Below are positions 12,294 through 24,588 of a stretch of 45,480 nt of DNA, in pieces. The notes under the pieces are model-generated. The model was not told where the DNA came from. It ran no database searches and worked only from the letters and a program-made list of their open reading frames with translations. The stretch's first letter is position 1, and the number at the start of each line of letters is the position of its first letter. The stretch is from assembly GCF_001194135.2 (NCBI RefSeq), contig NC_068991.1, forward strand, positions 75,026,316 through 75,071,795. Direction: 5' to 3'. This DNA is from Octopus bimaculoides (lineage: Eukaryota). Made by a program: the position numbers and the translations under genes.

Positions 12294-13459
12294 CAATGAT
12301 GATAGCTTCTTGTGGAAAGTGTTACCATTAGTTTTGTTTCTGGATGTGAAAGTCACACTGGTAGAATGATTTTTGATTTAAAGTAAGTTTGACAACTCTA
12401 AAATAAGAATGAATTTGTCTAACACATCGTCTTTTATACTTTATTTTATTCCTTTACTCTTCTAAGAACATTCTTACTGTAAAAAAATCTCACATAGACA
12501 TTATTATGCCTATTTCTTATCTCCAGAATCCCCATCACACACAGAAAAAAAAAAACGAAAAAAAAATACAATAACACTAAAGTATTGTTAAATTTAAATT
12601 CTCAAGCACCAACTTGTCACTTTTAGTGTTAGTATCTGATTTGAATGGTATCAGAATTTATCTAGGTTTTCATCACTATAAGTACTACAATTTTGTGTTG
12701 TGTTGTTCAACTTTCTTTGAACAAACCTCCATCATGGTATGGCAGTCTGATAGCTTTTTTCTTACTGTAACTACATTGCCAAGAAATTTGGTTTTTAGAT
12801 GCATGGTTCTGGTTTTGATCTTGCTACAGAGCCCCTTAGAGTTCAGCGACCCCTTGTCATTGGAACATGATATACCCTTTCATCATCATTGTTTTATGTC
12901 CAAATTTCCATGTTTGGATGGATTTTCTGGTAGTGTTTGAGCAGTGATTTTTTGAGAAATGCTCTTCCTGTCATGAAACCTTTTAGTCACAGCACGTATC
13001 AAATATGAAGTATTTATTCTAAAGCAAAGCTGTGTGCATATATGTGTATATGCTTGTATCTACAGCAAATTTAGTTCAGTGACACATGGAAGACCTACTT
13101 GGGTCAATGGGTGACAAAGAAGAAGCATAAACCAGGAGAGAGATGTGCAACAAATGAGTCCAGGTCTGTGAGGTATAGTCAACACTCTGAGAGTGTCAAA
13201 AATGAGGCTTGGCTTAGTTTAAAAGCAGTAAACAGATGGTTGATGGAAAAAAACTGGTTAGATAGTGTGTCAACTGGGCAACATGGAGGATGTATTAGGA
13301 AGGAGTCGGTTTAGTTGTTCAGTTTAAGCTTCGTAATGCAGTGTTTTAGAGTAATCTGAGATGGGCAATAGGAACTAGCGTATGAGGACTCATTAACAGA
13401 AATATAAATGTCAATAAAATAAATATATATACTGATATATATACATATATATATATATA

Positions 13460-14108
13460 NNNNNNNNNNNNNNNNNNNNNNNNNNNNNNNNNNNNNNNNN
13501 NNNNNNNNNNNNNNNNNNNNNNNNNNNNNNNNNNNNNNNNNNNNNNNNNNNNNNNNNNNNNNNNNNNNNNNNNNNNNNNNNNNNNNNNNNNNNNNNNNNN
13601 NNNNNNNNNNNNNNNNNNNNNNNNNNNNNNNNNNNNNNNNNNNNNNNNNNNNNNNNNNNNNNNNNNNNNNNNNNNNNNNNNNNNNNNNNNNNNNNNNNNN
13701 NNNNNNNNNNNNNNNNNNNNNNNNNNNNNNNNNNNNNNNNNNNNNNNNNNNNNNNNNNNNNNNNNNNNNNNNNNNNNNNNNNNNNNNNNNNNNNNNNNNN
13801 NNNNNNNNNNNNNNNNNNNNNNNNNNNNNNNNNNNNNNNNNNNNNNNNNNNNNNNNNNNNNNNNNNNNNNNNNNNNNNNNNNNNNNNNNNNNNNNNNNNN
13901 NNNNNNNNNNNNNNNNNNNNNNNNNNNNNNNNNNNNNNNNNNNNNNNNNNNNNNNNNNNNNNNNNNNNNNNNNNNNNNNNNNNNNNNNNNNNNNNNNNNN
14001 NNNNNNNNNNNNNNNNNNNNNNNNNNNNNNNNNNNNNNNNNNNNNNNNNNNNNNNNNNNNNNNNNNNNNNNNNNNNNNNNNNNNNNNNNNNNNNNNNNNN
14101 NNNNNNNN
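13460..14108. other. Assembly gap flanked by (TA)n
   Basis: N run. Confidence 1.
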
Positions 14109-14150
<42 letters not shown>

Positions 14151-14969
14151 ATGTTGGAACTGGTTTTATTATTCGTTTCTTGAAGAAATCGGCAGTGTTT
14201 AGTACTAGAGTATGATGTGTTCTATCAAGTCCCAAATGACCAAGACATGTTTTATATCATATCCGCGTTTCTATAACTTTGTCAAGAGTGGAGGCTCTAA
14301 GGAATGAATTGTAGACTATATGCTAATACCAATATATAAATAATTAGCTTTGTAAGCAGACAGTTAAGTAAATCTCGACATTGTATCTATTTCCTTCATG
14401 CTGCTATAAGTGACAGGCTTTATAGATATATGAACAATGAGCAAGAAGTTCATAATTCATATGTATAAGACATATCAGCTTATTGCCTGTAAAATTTCCT
14501 TATAATTTTGTCTACTTCAGAATGTTATCACTGTCATTATTGTTTTAATGTCCACTTTTCCATGTTAACATGGCTGACATATAATCCATTGAAGTGGATT
14601 CTCTAAAGCTTCATGTTCTTGATGTTGAAAATCCTCACATGTTTCGAAGTAGGGAAATATTTCTCTTATCATTCGAAGCAAAATGACCTGATTTGTTTTC
14701 ATAGACAATTATAATGCAACAAAACTTTTCTTCCCAACTTCGCTTTTTTTTTTAATGGAAAACTGTTTTGCTTAAAATCAGCACCCAATGTGAAGGCTAC
14801 ACAATAAATATAAAACCCAACATACAAAATAAGCACTTCCTTCAGTTAGCACCTACCAAATTCTCATACAGGGTCCCACTTAGTTTGAGGTTATACTTGA
14901 AAACACTTGCCTGGAATCATATGGTTGCAAAGCAAACTTCCGAACAAAACAGTAACAGTAAGAGTAAGA

Positions 14970-15019
<50 letters not shown>

Positions 15020-15249
15020 NNNNNNNNNNNNNNNNNNNNNNNNNNNNNNNNNNNNNNNNNNNNNNNNNNNNNNNNNNNNNNNNNNNNNNNNNNNNNNNNN
15101 NNNNNNNNNNNNNNNNNNNNNNNNNNNNNNNNNNNNNNNNNNNNNNNNNNNNNNNNNNNNNNNNNNNNNNNNNNNNNNNNNNNNNNNNNNNNNNNNNNNN
15201 NNNNNNNNNNNNNNNNNNNNNNNNNNNNNNNNNNNNNNNNNNNNNNNNN
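15020..15249. other. Assembly gap flanked by (GA)n
   Basis: N run. Confidence 1.
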
Positions 15250-15299
<50 letters not shown>

Positions 15300-15664
15300 A
15301 TGTGGGTGGGCGTTATCATTGTATACTTAAATTTGTTTCAAATTCTCAGCGCTTTCGTTAGTTCAGTAGTATATGTTGGACTGTTTATTCATGTAAATAC
15401 CATGCTTGTTTTATTAGCTTCTTTCCTTTCTTTATCTCATTTTCTTCTGCAGACCTTAGAATAACGGTAAACTTGTCTGATTTGATATATCACCATCTGG
15501 AAATCCTGATGCAGATCTCCAGATGATAGATAAGCAAGTTCTTATTCTATGTCTTAATTGCCACCATGACTGTAATATAATCTATGGAAAAATATAGTAA
15601 TATATATTTTTTAAAAATTCTTATTAGAAAACTGACTCATTATTGTAGTCTTCTATTTTACCTT

Positions 15665-15704
15665 TGGTTCCTCAACTCTATCATGGTTCCTTAACTCTAT
15701 CATG
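15665..15704. repeat. 19-bp tandem duplication
   Basis: TGGTTCCT(C/T)AACTCTATCA twice. Confidence 0.9.
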
Positions 15705-15949
15705 TTGCCAAACCAGCAGCAGAGCCTCTATGTGACTATTCAGGTTGCTAGAAATATAGCAGCCACTTATCCCTCAAATTACACCCTACCAGGGTATGAT
15801 TTATAGGCATAGGCGTTGCTCCAGTCACGTTTGGTCCCATTACATGGCATCTTGGACCAAGTGTCATCTATTGCCGTCTTGGCCTGCCTAATGTGTTGTG
15901 AATGTAGCAATTGGTAGTCTGAAATTGCACGTAAGAACTTTGTGCACCA

Positions 15950-16295
15950 TTGCCACCCGACTGGTTCCCATGCTGGTGGCATGTAAAAAGCCCCATTCAA
16001 GTGTGGTTGATGCCAGTGCCACTTGACTGGCTCCCATTCCACTGGCATGTAAAAAGCCCCATTCAAGCAGGGTCAATGCCAGTGCCACTTGACTGCCCCC
16101 GTGCCAGCGGTATGTAAAAAGCACCCACTACACTCTCAGAGTGGTTGACATTTAGAAGGGCATCCAGCTGCAGAAACCTTTCTAGATCGGATTGGAACCT
16201 GGTGTAGCCTCCTGGTTTGGCAGTCTTCAGTCAAACCATCCTACCCATGACAGCATGGAAAGTGGATGTTAAACGATGATGATGATGATGATGAT
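15950..16295 (+). mobile_element. Retroposon family C: internal 65-66-bp tandem units, RTE-like 3' end with (GAT)n tail
   Basis: ATGTAAAAAG at 15981, 16047, 16112; tail CCATCCTACCCATGACAGCATGGAAAGTGGATGTTAAAC(GAT)n. Related pieces at 21745-21840 (+), about 3470-3650 (-), 12880-12990 (-), 1320-1470 (-). Confidence 0.7.
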
Positions 16296-16334
16296 AATTA
16301 TTAAGGTGACAAGCTGATGGAATCATTAGCAAGC

Positions 16335-16383
16335 TGGACATCATGCTTGGAGCACAGGTGGACATCATGCTTGGAGCACAGGT
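16335..16383. repeat. Perfect 24-bp tandem duplication
   Basis: TGGACATCATGCTTGGAGCACAGG twice. Confidence 0.95.
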
Positions 16384-16861
16384 CTGCTCAATGAGGGCTG
16401 ACCTAGGGTTAAATAACATCACCTGTCTTGATGTTTGTTTGTTTTACAATCTGTTTTATAGTTGATTGAGATTTTATTACTTTTTTTCTTTTTTCTTGCA
16501 TGATTAAAATTCCTAACATAATATCTGAGAATTCTGAAGGAAAACAATGCAAAGAGATCAAAGTTTGGCATTTTTAGCAATAACAAACTATAAACTTAGT
16601 TGATTTTCATAATAGATCAAAGTTTTAATATTTAATAGGTAGAAATGTGTTTGCAGAAGCTGTTGCCTTATTTATATTACCTTGGCATAAAATTCTTATT
16701 TACATTTATCAAACAAATGCTATGCATTTAATTAAATCATGACATGACTTAGTTAATCACATCAAGATGGGTTTTTATTTTTATTTTATGCTTTCTTTAT
16801 ATAAGTTTGAGTATTGTAAGCTCTCAGTAGCATAGATTGTTAGGTTCCACAAAGTAAATGA

Positions 16862-16941
<80 letters not shown>

Positions 16942-17904
16942 CATATTTCAGAATGCTAAAAGGAGAGGTTTATAAGAGAACGGTGTTAGAGATAATAGAG
17001 TTATTGATGTTACTAATGAATGTTGAGAGATTTGAATTCCAAACTTTGAAACCCAGAATCTTGTTTCTATAATAAAATTAATGGAACCAGTGTGGGGTAT
17101 TACTACAGCACAATGTATCAGCTGTGAAGTAATTAATGCAAGAATTCTCAAACTGGGATTAAGTTATCCCATGGGACAAGTTTCTCCTAATCTTGTGGTT
17201 AGATTTTGAATTTGTACATTTTTTTTTTTTCTAATTCTAATTTTAAAAAAAGAAAAGAAAAAAAACTGAAGTGGAGAAAAAATTTGGAGAAGTTCTATTT
17301 CTTGAAAATAAATACCATTTCTGTCTCCTGCCACTTGAATTTAATAATCTATATCATCATCATCATCATCATTATCGTCTCTCTCTTTTCTATGCTGGTA
17401 TGGAATTAATACTATGTTGCTAATGGAGCTGTGTAATTTAGAAGACTTGCATTTAGTTCTGGTGTCTGCCCCTCTTTACTTTCTAAACAAGTGAAATAGC
17501 GTTGCCCTCTGTTAATCCTTGTTATTTGAACTTAACATAATAGTATTGAACAATTCTGTTTTAAATTTCCTCTTTGTTGATTGTTTTATGACAGGAGTGT
17601 AAACTCTAATTACGGAGCAAAACAGGTGGGGAGGGGTTGAATTTAAATTTGCTTTCAAAGTCTCATTCAGGAAGTAAATGGAATGGGAACCTTCTGAACT
17701 AATGATTGTTGACTGTGTGAAAAGTCAGGCCCCGTTTTACATAATATGGTTTTAATTTTTAATGCAAATCAGGGCTAATGTTTCCTCAACCTTAACCCTT
17801 TTAACTCAAGGATATTTTAAATAGGGAAATATTGGTGGAATACTTGGAAGGAGAACGTATTAAATTAGTTTGAATGAGAATCATGTTAAGTCAGGATCAA
17901 GAGA

Positions 17905-18045
17905 TTAGCTGGGTTTCCGGGGGTTGGACAAAATAGCTTCTCCATTAAGTAATTAGTGCTCCCTGTTGTTCTGAGTTCAAGCCCCACTGAGGACAGTATT
18001 GCCTTTTGTCTTTCTCAGATTGATAAAATTAATGCACCAGCAAAG
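17905..18045 (+). mobile_element. SINE family A, degenerate
   Basis: GTTCTGAGTTCAAGCCCC...TTGCCTTTTGTCTTTC...TTGATAAAATTAATGCACCAG. Confidence 0.5.
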
Positions 18046-18226
18046 TCTTTAGGTTGATATATTTATATTCCTGTGAAATATTCTAAATGTGAGCAGAATT
18101 CTAATGGAAATCTCTAAGGAAAATTGTAACTAATGAAAATTTATCCATGTTTTTTATAGTCTTGATGAAAAGGAATTAGTTTTGGTATATAATTTGGTCC
18201 CTTTTTATTACAACAATCCACATACC

Positions 18227-18384
18227 CAGTGGGGAACTGAGAGTATTAAGGGCCCTCGGGCATAACTGTTTACTGGGCCCCTTTGACTGTGTATTTCAGT
18301 AGAGTTAACATGTAGAGTGTGGGTCCCTTAAAGCTCCGGGCCCTTGAGCAGTACTTGATTGACCGATGGCACAGTTTGCCCCTG
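18227..18384. mobile_element. hAT-like MITE, 158 bp
   Basis: Perfect 8-bp TSD CACATACC (18219-18226, 18385-18392); termini CAGTGGGGAACTG / CAGTTTGCCCCTG (10/13 inverted match); internal GGGCCC repeats. 8-bp TSD with CAG..CTG ends is the hAT pattern. Confidence 0.85.
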
Positions 18385-18840
18385 CACATACCTCATGCAC
18401 ATGCATGCATGTGAGGAAGCTAGGTTAAGGTTTTTGTGATGCGTAGTTTTCTGTTTTTCATTCCAGGATTCCAAACTTGTTTCAAGAAAAATTTTTTGGC
18501 CTCCTGCTTTTCTGTCATTGACGTCATACATAACATTAATAAGTTGATGTGATAACTAATAACATTCAGATTACTCTATCAAATGCAATGCTCACTTATT
18601 CATACACACACACACACACACACATTATAGAAATATACACATGAGTGCTGGCAATACAGTTTCAGACCGCCTGAGTGAGATATTCATTATTTAGAGTGCT
18701 CAATTACACAACAGGTAGTTGGTGCTGTGGCTTTATGAGACTTAAACAAATGGAAAAATGTGCTTCAAATATACTACATTAAAGAAAACGTGGAAGGCTT
18801 ACCACAAGTTTTATTTATGTGTGTTGTGCATGTGTGTATG

Positions 18841-18962
<122 letters not shown>

Positions 18963-19644
18963 TTATAGTACCAGATGAGAATGAATTTTTGAAATGAGAA
19001 CGAATTACGATTTTGGTTTCTTAGAAATGCTTATAAATTGAAATATAAATATTTCAGTAACAACAACAATAATTTCAAAACAATACCAAAAAACAGAATC
19101 TCTAAGAATTAAAATAATTTAGTTTATTAATTCAAATGAAGAAGGGATGTGGAAATAGTGGTAATGGTGGTGATGATGATGATGGTGGTGGTGGTGGTGG
19201 TGGGCCTACACTGAATGATAAATGTAAAAGATTATGAAAAAGGCATATTTGCTTTGTTGAAATGTATAAAAATAACTACTTCAAGTTTGGCCGCTCCAGC
19301 TCCTCTTTTATTCTTGGTTTATTTACTTAACTTCTCAATGTAGCAGCAGTTACTTTAGAAATAGTTTGACTTTTTTGGCAATGCTTCTGGTTTTGGTGCT
19401 ATTTTAGTCTAACCCAAATTGATTTGGGAGGGAAAACAATAAATTAAAAATAAACATTTGCCATTTTGCACAGAATATAATCATCTCCAAAATAATGACC
19501 CAAAAAGGTAATTTATTTCCTAGTTGCAAGAATTTTATTTTAATTAATACTGTTTTGCATATTGCCAGTTGAATATAAATGGAAATATTTAATTTATATA
19601 CACTTTTTTGGTGGGGTTCCTTCTATGGTCCATTTCATATATTT

Positions 19645-19790
19645 GAAGGCAGAACAGGGGTAGGTAGAGTCGAACAACCCACAGGGCTTGACGTGTACTT
19701 AATTTCATTGACCCCCAACTAGAAGGATGAAAAGCAGAGCCAACTCTGTGTGATGGGATTTGAACTCGAAATGTAGACTGACCCAACTAA
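19645..19790 (-). mobile_element. SINE family A, diverged
   Basis: Minus strand GAGTTCAAATCCC...CTGCTTTTCATCCTTC...GGGGTCAATGAAATTAAGTAC. Confidence 0.65.
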
Positions 19791-20663
19791 TGACCACATT
19801 TGCTATGCCAATGTCTTTACTGTCGTAGCCATCATTAGTCTCATGTTTATCCTGGTAACGTTCTTATGAGGCCTACATTAATTGTGTTTGTGTTATGGCT
19901 TCGAAAATATTTCTATTTTCACATGTTTTGATTTTAGAGGATAACAAAAGCATCTTATTTTGTCATAAAGGTAAAAATAAAAGAGAAGGGCAGTGTTGCC
20001 TAAATCCACCTTCATATATTGCTGTTATTTATTTGATGTAATCAGGTGAGACATTGCATTCAACATATCAGTGTTTAATTAAATACTGTAAAGCAATTAG
20101 ATAGCAATAACGATGACGATAATTATGAAAACAATCACAACAGCAGCAACAATGATTATTTCCATTGACACATTTCTGGGATTGGGTGGTCGGGGTAGTT
20201 TAATTAATTGAATTCTCTGATTCTGGCTGTTCCTTGTCTTTATAGCTTTACATCTTCACATTACTGATCAAATATGATTAAATATCTAAATATTGAGATG
20301 AGCTGTTGCTATTAAGGTGATACTTTTATGAACTTTGTCTTTATTGTGTGTATTCTAAATCTTTACATCTTTACAATGTTTTGAATTGTGATCATCGCAA
20401 TCATCATCAGGTATAATTGTATATATAGGACCATTTCTGACTCAGAATCATTGTTTCTAGGATTATGTATACATGTCCAGAAATAAGTCAAATCACTGCT
20501 GATGGCCAGATGTCAACATCGACAAGACCTACACTTCAGATGATGAGGTTAATGCCTGGAAAAATTAAATCCATAAATTTGTGTAAGTCTAAGAAAACGT
20601 TTCTGCATAACATATTGCTATTAACAATAATGAAATTGTTACTTTGAAAGATGTAATTACATG

Positions 20664-21020
20664 TAAAGATTTTTGCCAACATAATATGGTAGTCTTGGTT
20701 TAGGACGAAGGTTGCTGTAATTTAGCCCCAGGAGATATTGTTTCCAGCTAGTTATACGATACGATCTGTGTTCTTATATTTTCAAACAAGGGAATCTAAC
20801 ACCCCTGCTCAACTCAAAACAATATCTGTGTATCACGATTTCCGGATTATTTCCCTTCATCAGCACAGAATAATTGTTCGGCTAGAGGTGGCGCTGCCAA
20901 ATTCCCATTGGAAATATATAGTTTTCAAAATGACAACTAGTCACTGATCTCCTGGGGCTAAATTACAGCAACATTCGTCCTAAACCAGGACTGCCATGTT
21001 ATGGTGGCAAATAATCTTTA
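20664..21020. mobile_element. MITE-like element with ~73-bp terminal inverted repeats and an internal hammerhead motif
   Basis: Left arm 20664-20736 (TAAAGAT-TTTTGCCAACATAATATGGTAGTCTTGGTTTAGGACGAAGGTTGCTGTAATTTAGCCCCAGGAGAT) is the reverse complement of 20947-21020 with about 6 substitutions and 1 indel; terminal TA on both sides is compatible with a TA TSD but not diagnostic. Confidence 0.85.
20825..20869 (-). ncRNA. Minimal type I hammerhead ribozyme motif inside the TIR element
   Basis: Minus strand TCTGTG-CTGATGA-A-GGG-AAATAAT-CCG-GAA-ATCGTGAT-A-CACAGA: perfect 6-bp stem I, intact core, near-palindromic stem III (ATCGTGAT, one change from ATCGCGAT), AUA triplet; closing pair of stem II is G/G in this copy. 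Confidence 0.7.
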
Positions 21021-21744
21021 CTCCAAAGTACTGTTGCTGAATATCTCACGTTGTGAGACTTACAAATAATAATTTTTTTTTTATGTAATTAGGTGTTACA
21101 AAGCAAATGAAGATTAGGTTTGTCTAAGGGAAATGCAGACTTTTAATTTTTAGATCTTGCTTTTTATCTTTAATTGAAGGAAACATTATTTCACTAGATT
21201 TCTCAAAATGAAATCTTTCACTCTGTGTTATGTCATTATTTTACAAGCTGAGAAACTTCAGTGACTGAGTCTACATTTAATTTTTCTCTCTGGAGATTTT
21301 GTAAAACTTCCTTGTAACTTTACTTTGAAAATTGGCATAGATAAGCTTTTCTATAAACATAGAGCATCTTGTTATTTTTTTTTCTGAGCTGGACTTGTGA
21401 AGCATTTTAAAACATCTTATTTAAAAAAGTAATTCTCAGTAACAACATTTATTGCTCGCAGAAGCCAAAAGTAACTCTTGATGTATTTATCATCTTCTGT
21501 TGCAATAGTGTTATCGTAGTTGAAGGACTTCCAAACAAAAGAAAAAGCTTTTATTTAACATTTTCTTTGTTGTAGCTTTTGGAATAGTTAATCAGAAGCG
21601 TGAATGTGGTAGGCATATTGTTAAATTCTTAGAAAAAGCTTAATTCTTTAGTTATTGACTTTGTTATTAGCTGCTGGGCCACAACATTTATGTATTCATT
21701 TATTTTCATCAAAACCAAAATCAGATGGAAATTGTAGCTGTGAT

Positions 21745-21840
21745 CCCCATGCCAGTGGCATGTAAAAAGCACCATCAGGTCATGGTCAATGCCAGCACCA
21801 CCTTGACTGGCTTCTGTGCCGGTGGCATGTAAAAAGTTCC
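21745..21840 (+). mobile_element. Fragment of retroposon family C (1.5 tandem units)
   Basis: GCCAGTGGCATGTAAAAAGCACC...TTGACTGGCTTCTGTGCCGGTGGCATGTAAAAAG, same unit as 15950-16125. Confidence 0.7.
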
Positions 21841-21999
21841 GAGGAGCAAAGTCCACAACAGTAGGTAGAATAAGTCAAAGTGAAAAGCAGAGGTTGGAGT
21901 TTGAATCACTCCAATAATAATAATAATAATAATAATAGTAATAATAATAATAATGATAATGTTTCTAAGATAAGCGTATGATCTTAAAGGGGATTAGTC

Positions 22000-22107
22000 A
22001 CTATTACCTACCTCAGTACTTGCCTGGTACTTTGGTTTATCAAAAACCCTAAAGCACGAAAGGCAAAAACAACCTGATCTTGGCAGGATTTGAATTCGGA
22101 ATGTAAG
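22000..22107 (-). mobile_element. SINE family A fragment
   Basis: Minus strand GAATTCAAATCCTGCC...GCCTTTCGTGCTTTAGGGTTTTTGATAAACCAAAGTACCAG. Confidence 0.55.
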
Positions 22108-22190
22108 GAACAGGAAAAGAAAAACAAAAATAAAGTGTTTTCCATGAGATTCTAATGATTCCAATCTATTACCTAATAATGATAATAATA

Positions 22191-22431
22191 ATAGTAGGTG
22201 CCTTAGGTATAATAAAAAAATATTCAGACAAATACATAACAAAAACACCAGGACTTACAAATATATATAACATACAGAAAATTGCACTACTGGGTACTGC
22301 ACACATTCTATGCAAAACACTTTCAATACAGTAAACATAAGAGCACCACAGCAAACCACAGCACATACCCAAGGCGCACAGAGCTGCGCTCGGTAGTGAA
22401 GTGAAAGCACGTTATAAAAATAAAACTACTG
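22191..22431 (+). mobile_element. 5'-truncated R4/Dong-clade non-LTR retrotransposon 3' end
   Basis: 22191-22334 reads IVGALGIIKKYSDKYITKTPGLTNIYNIQKIALLGTAHILCKTLSIQ*, matching the R4/Dong C-terminal pattern (I/V)xGALG...QKxxLLGTAxILRK; 97-nt 3'UTR with GCGCA-6-TGCGC hairpin; (AAT)n on both sides. Confidence 0.75.
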
Positions 22432-22644
22432 AATAATAATAATAATAGTAATAATAACAATTTCTTTTTTTAGTCATAGGGTCATACATGGGGAGAGGGC
22501 AAGAGAAGGACAGATGACAATTCATGTGGGGATTCACATAAAGGATGTCGGAAAAGAATGAAAATGACAGTGAAATGCAATAAAAGTATTCGTAGTATGC
22601 AAAGTATGTGATAAGATTAATGATGCAGTTTTTCTAACAACGGC

Positions 22645-22865
22645 CAATGAAGAAACCCCACAGATTCAGGATTCCCTTGAACACCATTATGCTCGCCAAT
22701 CTATTGGTGCATACCTCTGTAGAGCTATTCACCCTAACCATTTATACTACTCTTACCCATCTTTGCACAAATTCACTGCGAGGTAGCACTTCCGTCTCCA
22801 CTCTCACTTTCCTTTTCAAGTGGAACTTTAAAAAGTTAGGACTTGACTGAAGAGGAAGGTGTCTT
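22645..22865 (-). mobile_element. Older 3' fragment of the same putative Tx1-like LINE
   Basis: Minus-strand peptide KFHLKRKVRVETEVLPRSEFVQRWVRVV* followed by UTR GTTCAAGGGAATCCTGAATCTGTGGGGTTTCTTC. Confidence 0.45.
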
Positions 22866-23570
22866 TCCTTAACCCTTTCAGTCTCGTCTACCACACCACT
22901 TGCCCTGCCTTGGGTGGTGGCATGATCTTCATGATGGATTCAGCCACATCTTATATGCTGGTTCATGCTTGGGTAAACTGATAATCGGTAACTAGAAAGA
23001 AAGAGATTACCCATCAACTGAAATTTATGTACATTGGATTAAGCCCTGGTAATATTTTGGAAATAGTTGCAGTTTTCTGTTTGTTGGGCTCTCTACAGGA
23101 ATTAGGAGCAAATGATAATTGAACAAATCAGGACTAATTGATTTAAATTCCTATTGATATTAATCGACAGTAAACATGCTATCTGGCTAAATGCTACAAG
23201 CCGTTCTACATTAATTGGTTTAGTTAAATATGTGTCTTTTGTTCTGTATTTTTTTATCCATGCTAATCGAATATATCGTCTTACTCTATACAAACAAAAG
23301 TTCAGCACTGGATATTTAGGTCATTGATGACAGTGCTAAGTAAATATATACAGTGGCAGACTGGGTCTAAAAATATCGGTTGCCAGGAGGCTTAGGGGGC
23401 CCACTTTCAACTACAATGCTATCATTTAATTTAAAAAAAATTTTTTTTTTTTTTTGCTAAAAGTATTCTTTTCAACTGTCTACAAACACAGCCAGGCTGA
23501 AATAATTAATGCATTCTTCCAGGAGTGAATAAAAAATTCTCAAACTTGAGGGAATGGGCCCCTTAGATAC

Positions 23571-23712
23571 CGTAACTTAGCGGTTCAGCAAAATAGACCG
23601 ATAGAATAAGTACTAGGATTACAAAGAATAAGTTCTGGTGTCGATTCGCTCGACTAAATGCGGTGCTCCAGCATGGCCACAGTCAAATGACTGAAACAAG
23701 TAAAAGAATAGA
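23571..23712 (+). mobile_element. SINE family B, 3' half
   Basis: CGTAACTTAGCGGTTCAGC...GCGGTGCTCCAGCATGGCCACAGTCAAATGACTGAAACAAGTAAAAGA. Confidence 0.8.
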
Positions 23713-23849
23713 AGAAAAAAATACTAAAACGATTCCTTTTTTTTTTTACTTGCTGGGCCTTCAGGAAGTGACAGTGTCCATGGCCTTTTGCAGACCCTCC
23801 CGGGGCCAGTGAGATTAATGGCCTTAATGTTTCTCTTTAACACTTATAA

Positions 23850-24185
23850 GCTAAAACCTGCAGGGAGGAAATTCCAGAGGACCAGCTTTTTAGGAAAGAC
23901 TAAATGAATAGACTCAATGCTTAGTGCAGGGTCCTGTAGAGAAGGGGGAACAACAAGGATGTTGAAAAGGGGAGAGACAAATGACTTGGAAATGTGTGAG
24001 TGGAGGCAGGCAGCATGCGTCCAGTTTGCTCCTAGGAGCACATGCCATTGTAATAGTAGTTCCAGGAAAAGATAGAGAGAAGATACAGCATGATTGTAGG
24101 TCAGAGGCTGGAGTGTATCTGTGAGTGACTTTATGCAACTTAGTCAGGGGGCCCTTTACTGAATGTAGTTTAGCATGTCTTCAGA
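23850..24185 (-). mobile_element. Degenerate CR1/Jockey-group LINE fragment (ORF2 C-terminal region)
   Basis: Frameshifted peptides LTDTLQPLTYNHAVSSLYLF, YYYNGMCS*E and FPKKLVLWNFLP. Confidence 0.65.
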
Positions 24186-24189
24186 TTTT

Positions 24190-24562
24190 ATCTTCTATTT
24201 GTATCAGGCATGGGGCTGCAGCCATGCAGGGGCTCTGCCGTGAGGGGTTTAGTTGAGCAAATCAACCCCAGTATTTATTTTTTAAGTCTGCTATTTATTT
24301 TATTAATCTCTTTGGCCAAACCACTTGGTTACAGGAATGAAAACAAACGAACAAGTGGTGAGGGTGAGGGCAAGTACAAGCCACACACATATATACACAT
24401 AATGGGCTTCCGCACAGTTTCTGTCTACTAAATTATCTCACAAGGGATTGACCATACTGAGGCTATAGTAGAAGACACTTGCCCAAGATCCCATGGAGTG
24501 GAATTGAACCTGGAACCATTTGCTCACAATGGAAGCTCTTTTACCATAGATGCTATGCCTAT
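24190..24562 (-). mobile_element. SINE family B, diverged
   Basis: Contains GAGGCTATAGTAGAAGACACTTGCCCAAG and GCAGCCATGC..AGTTGAGCAAATCAACCCCAG blocks colinear with other B copies. Confidence 0.7.
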
Positions 24563-24588
24563 AGATTAAGTAATACAATATATCTTGA

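Noticed and set aside
13070-13320. Possible LINE endonuclease-domain remnant on minus strand
   Set aside because: Only vague, frameshifted similarity; not supportable by eye.
15960-16125. CRISPR-like regularly spaced repeats
   Set aside because: Units are contiguous tandem copies with no unique spacers; eukaryotic retroposon context, no cas genes.
23351-23570. Second hAT-like MITE (CAGTGGCAGACTGG start, GGGCCC motifs)
   Set aside because: No matching right terminus or TSD found; only noted as a fragment.
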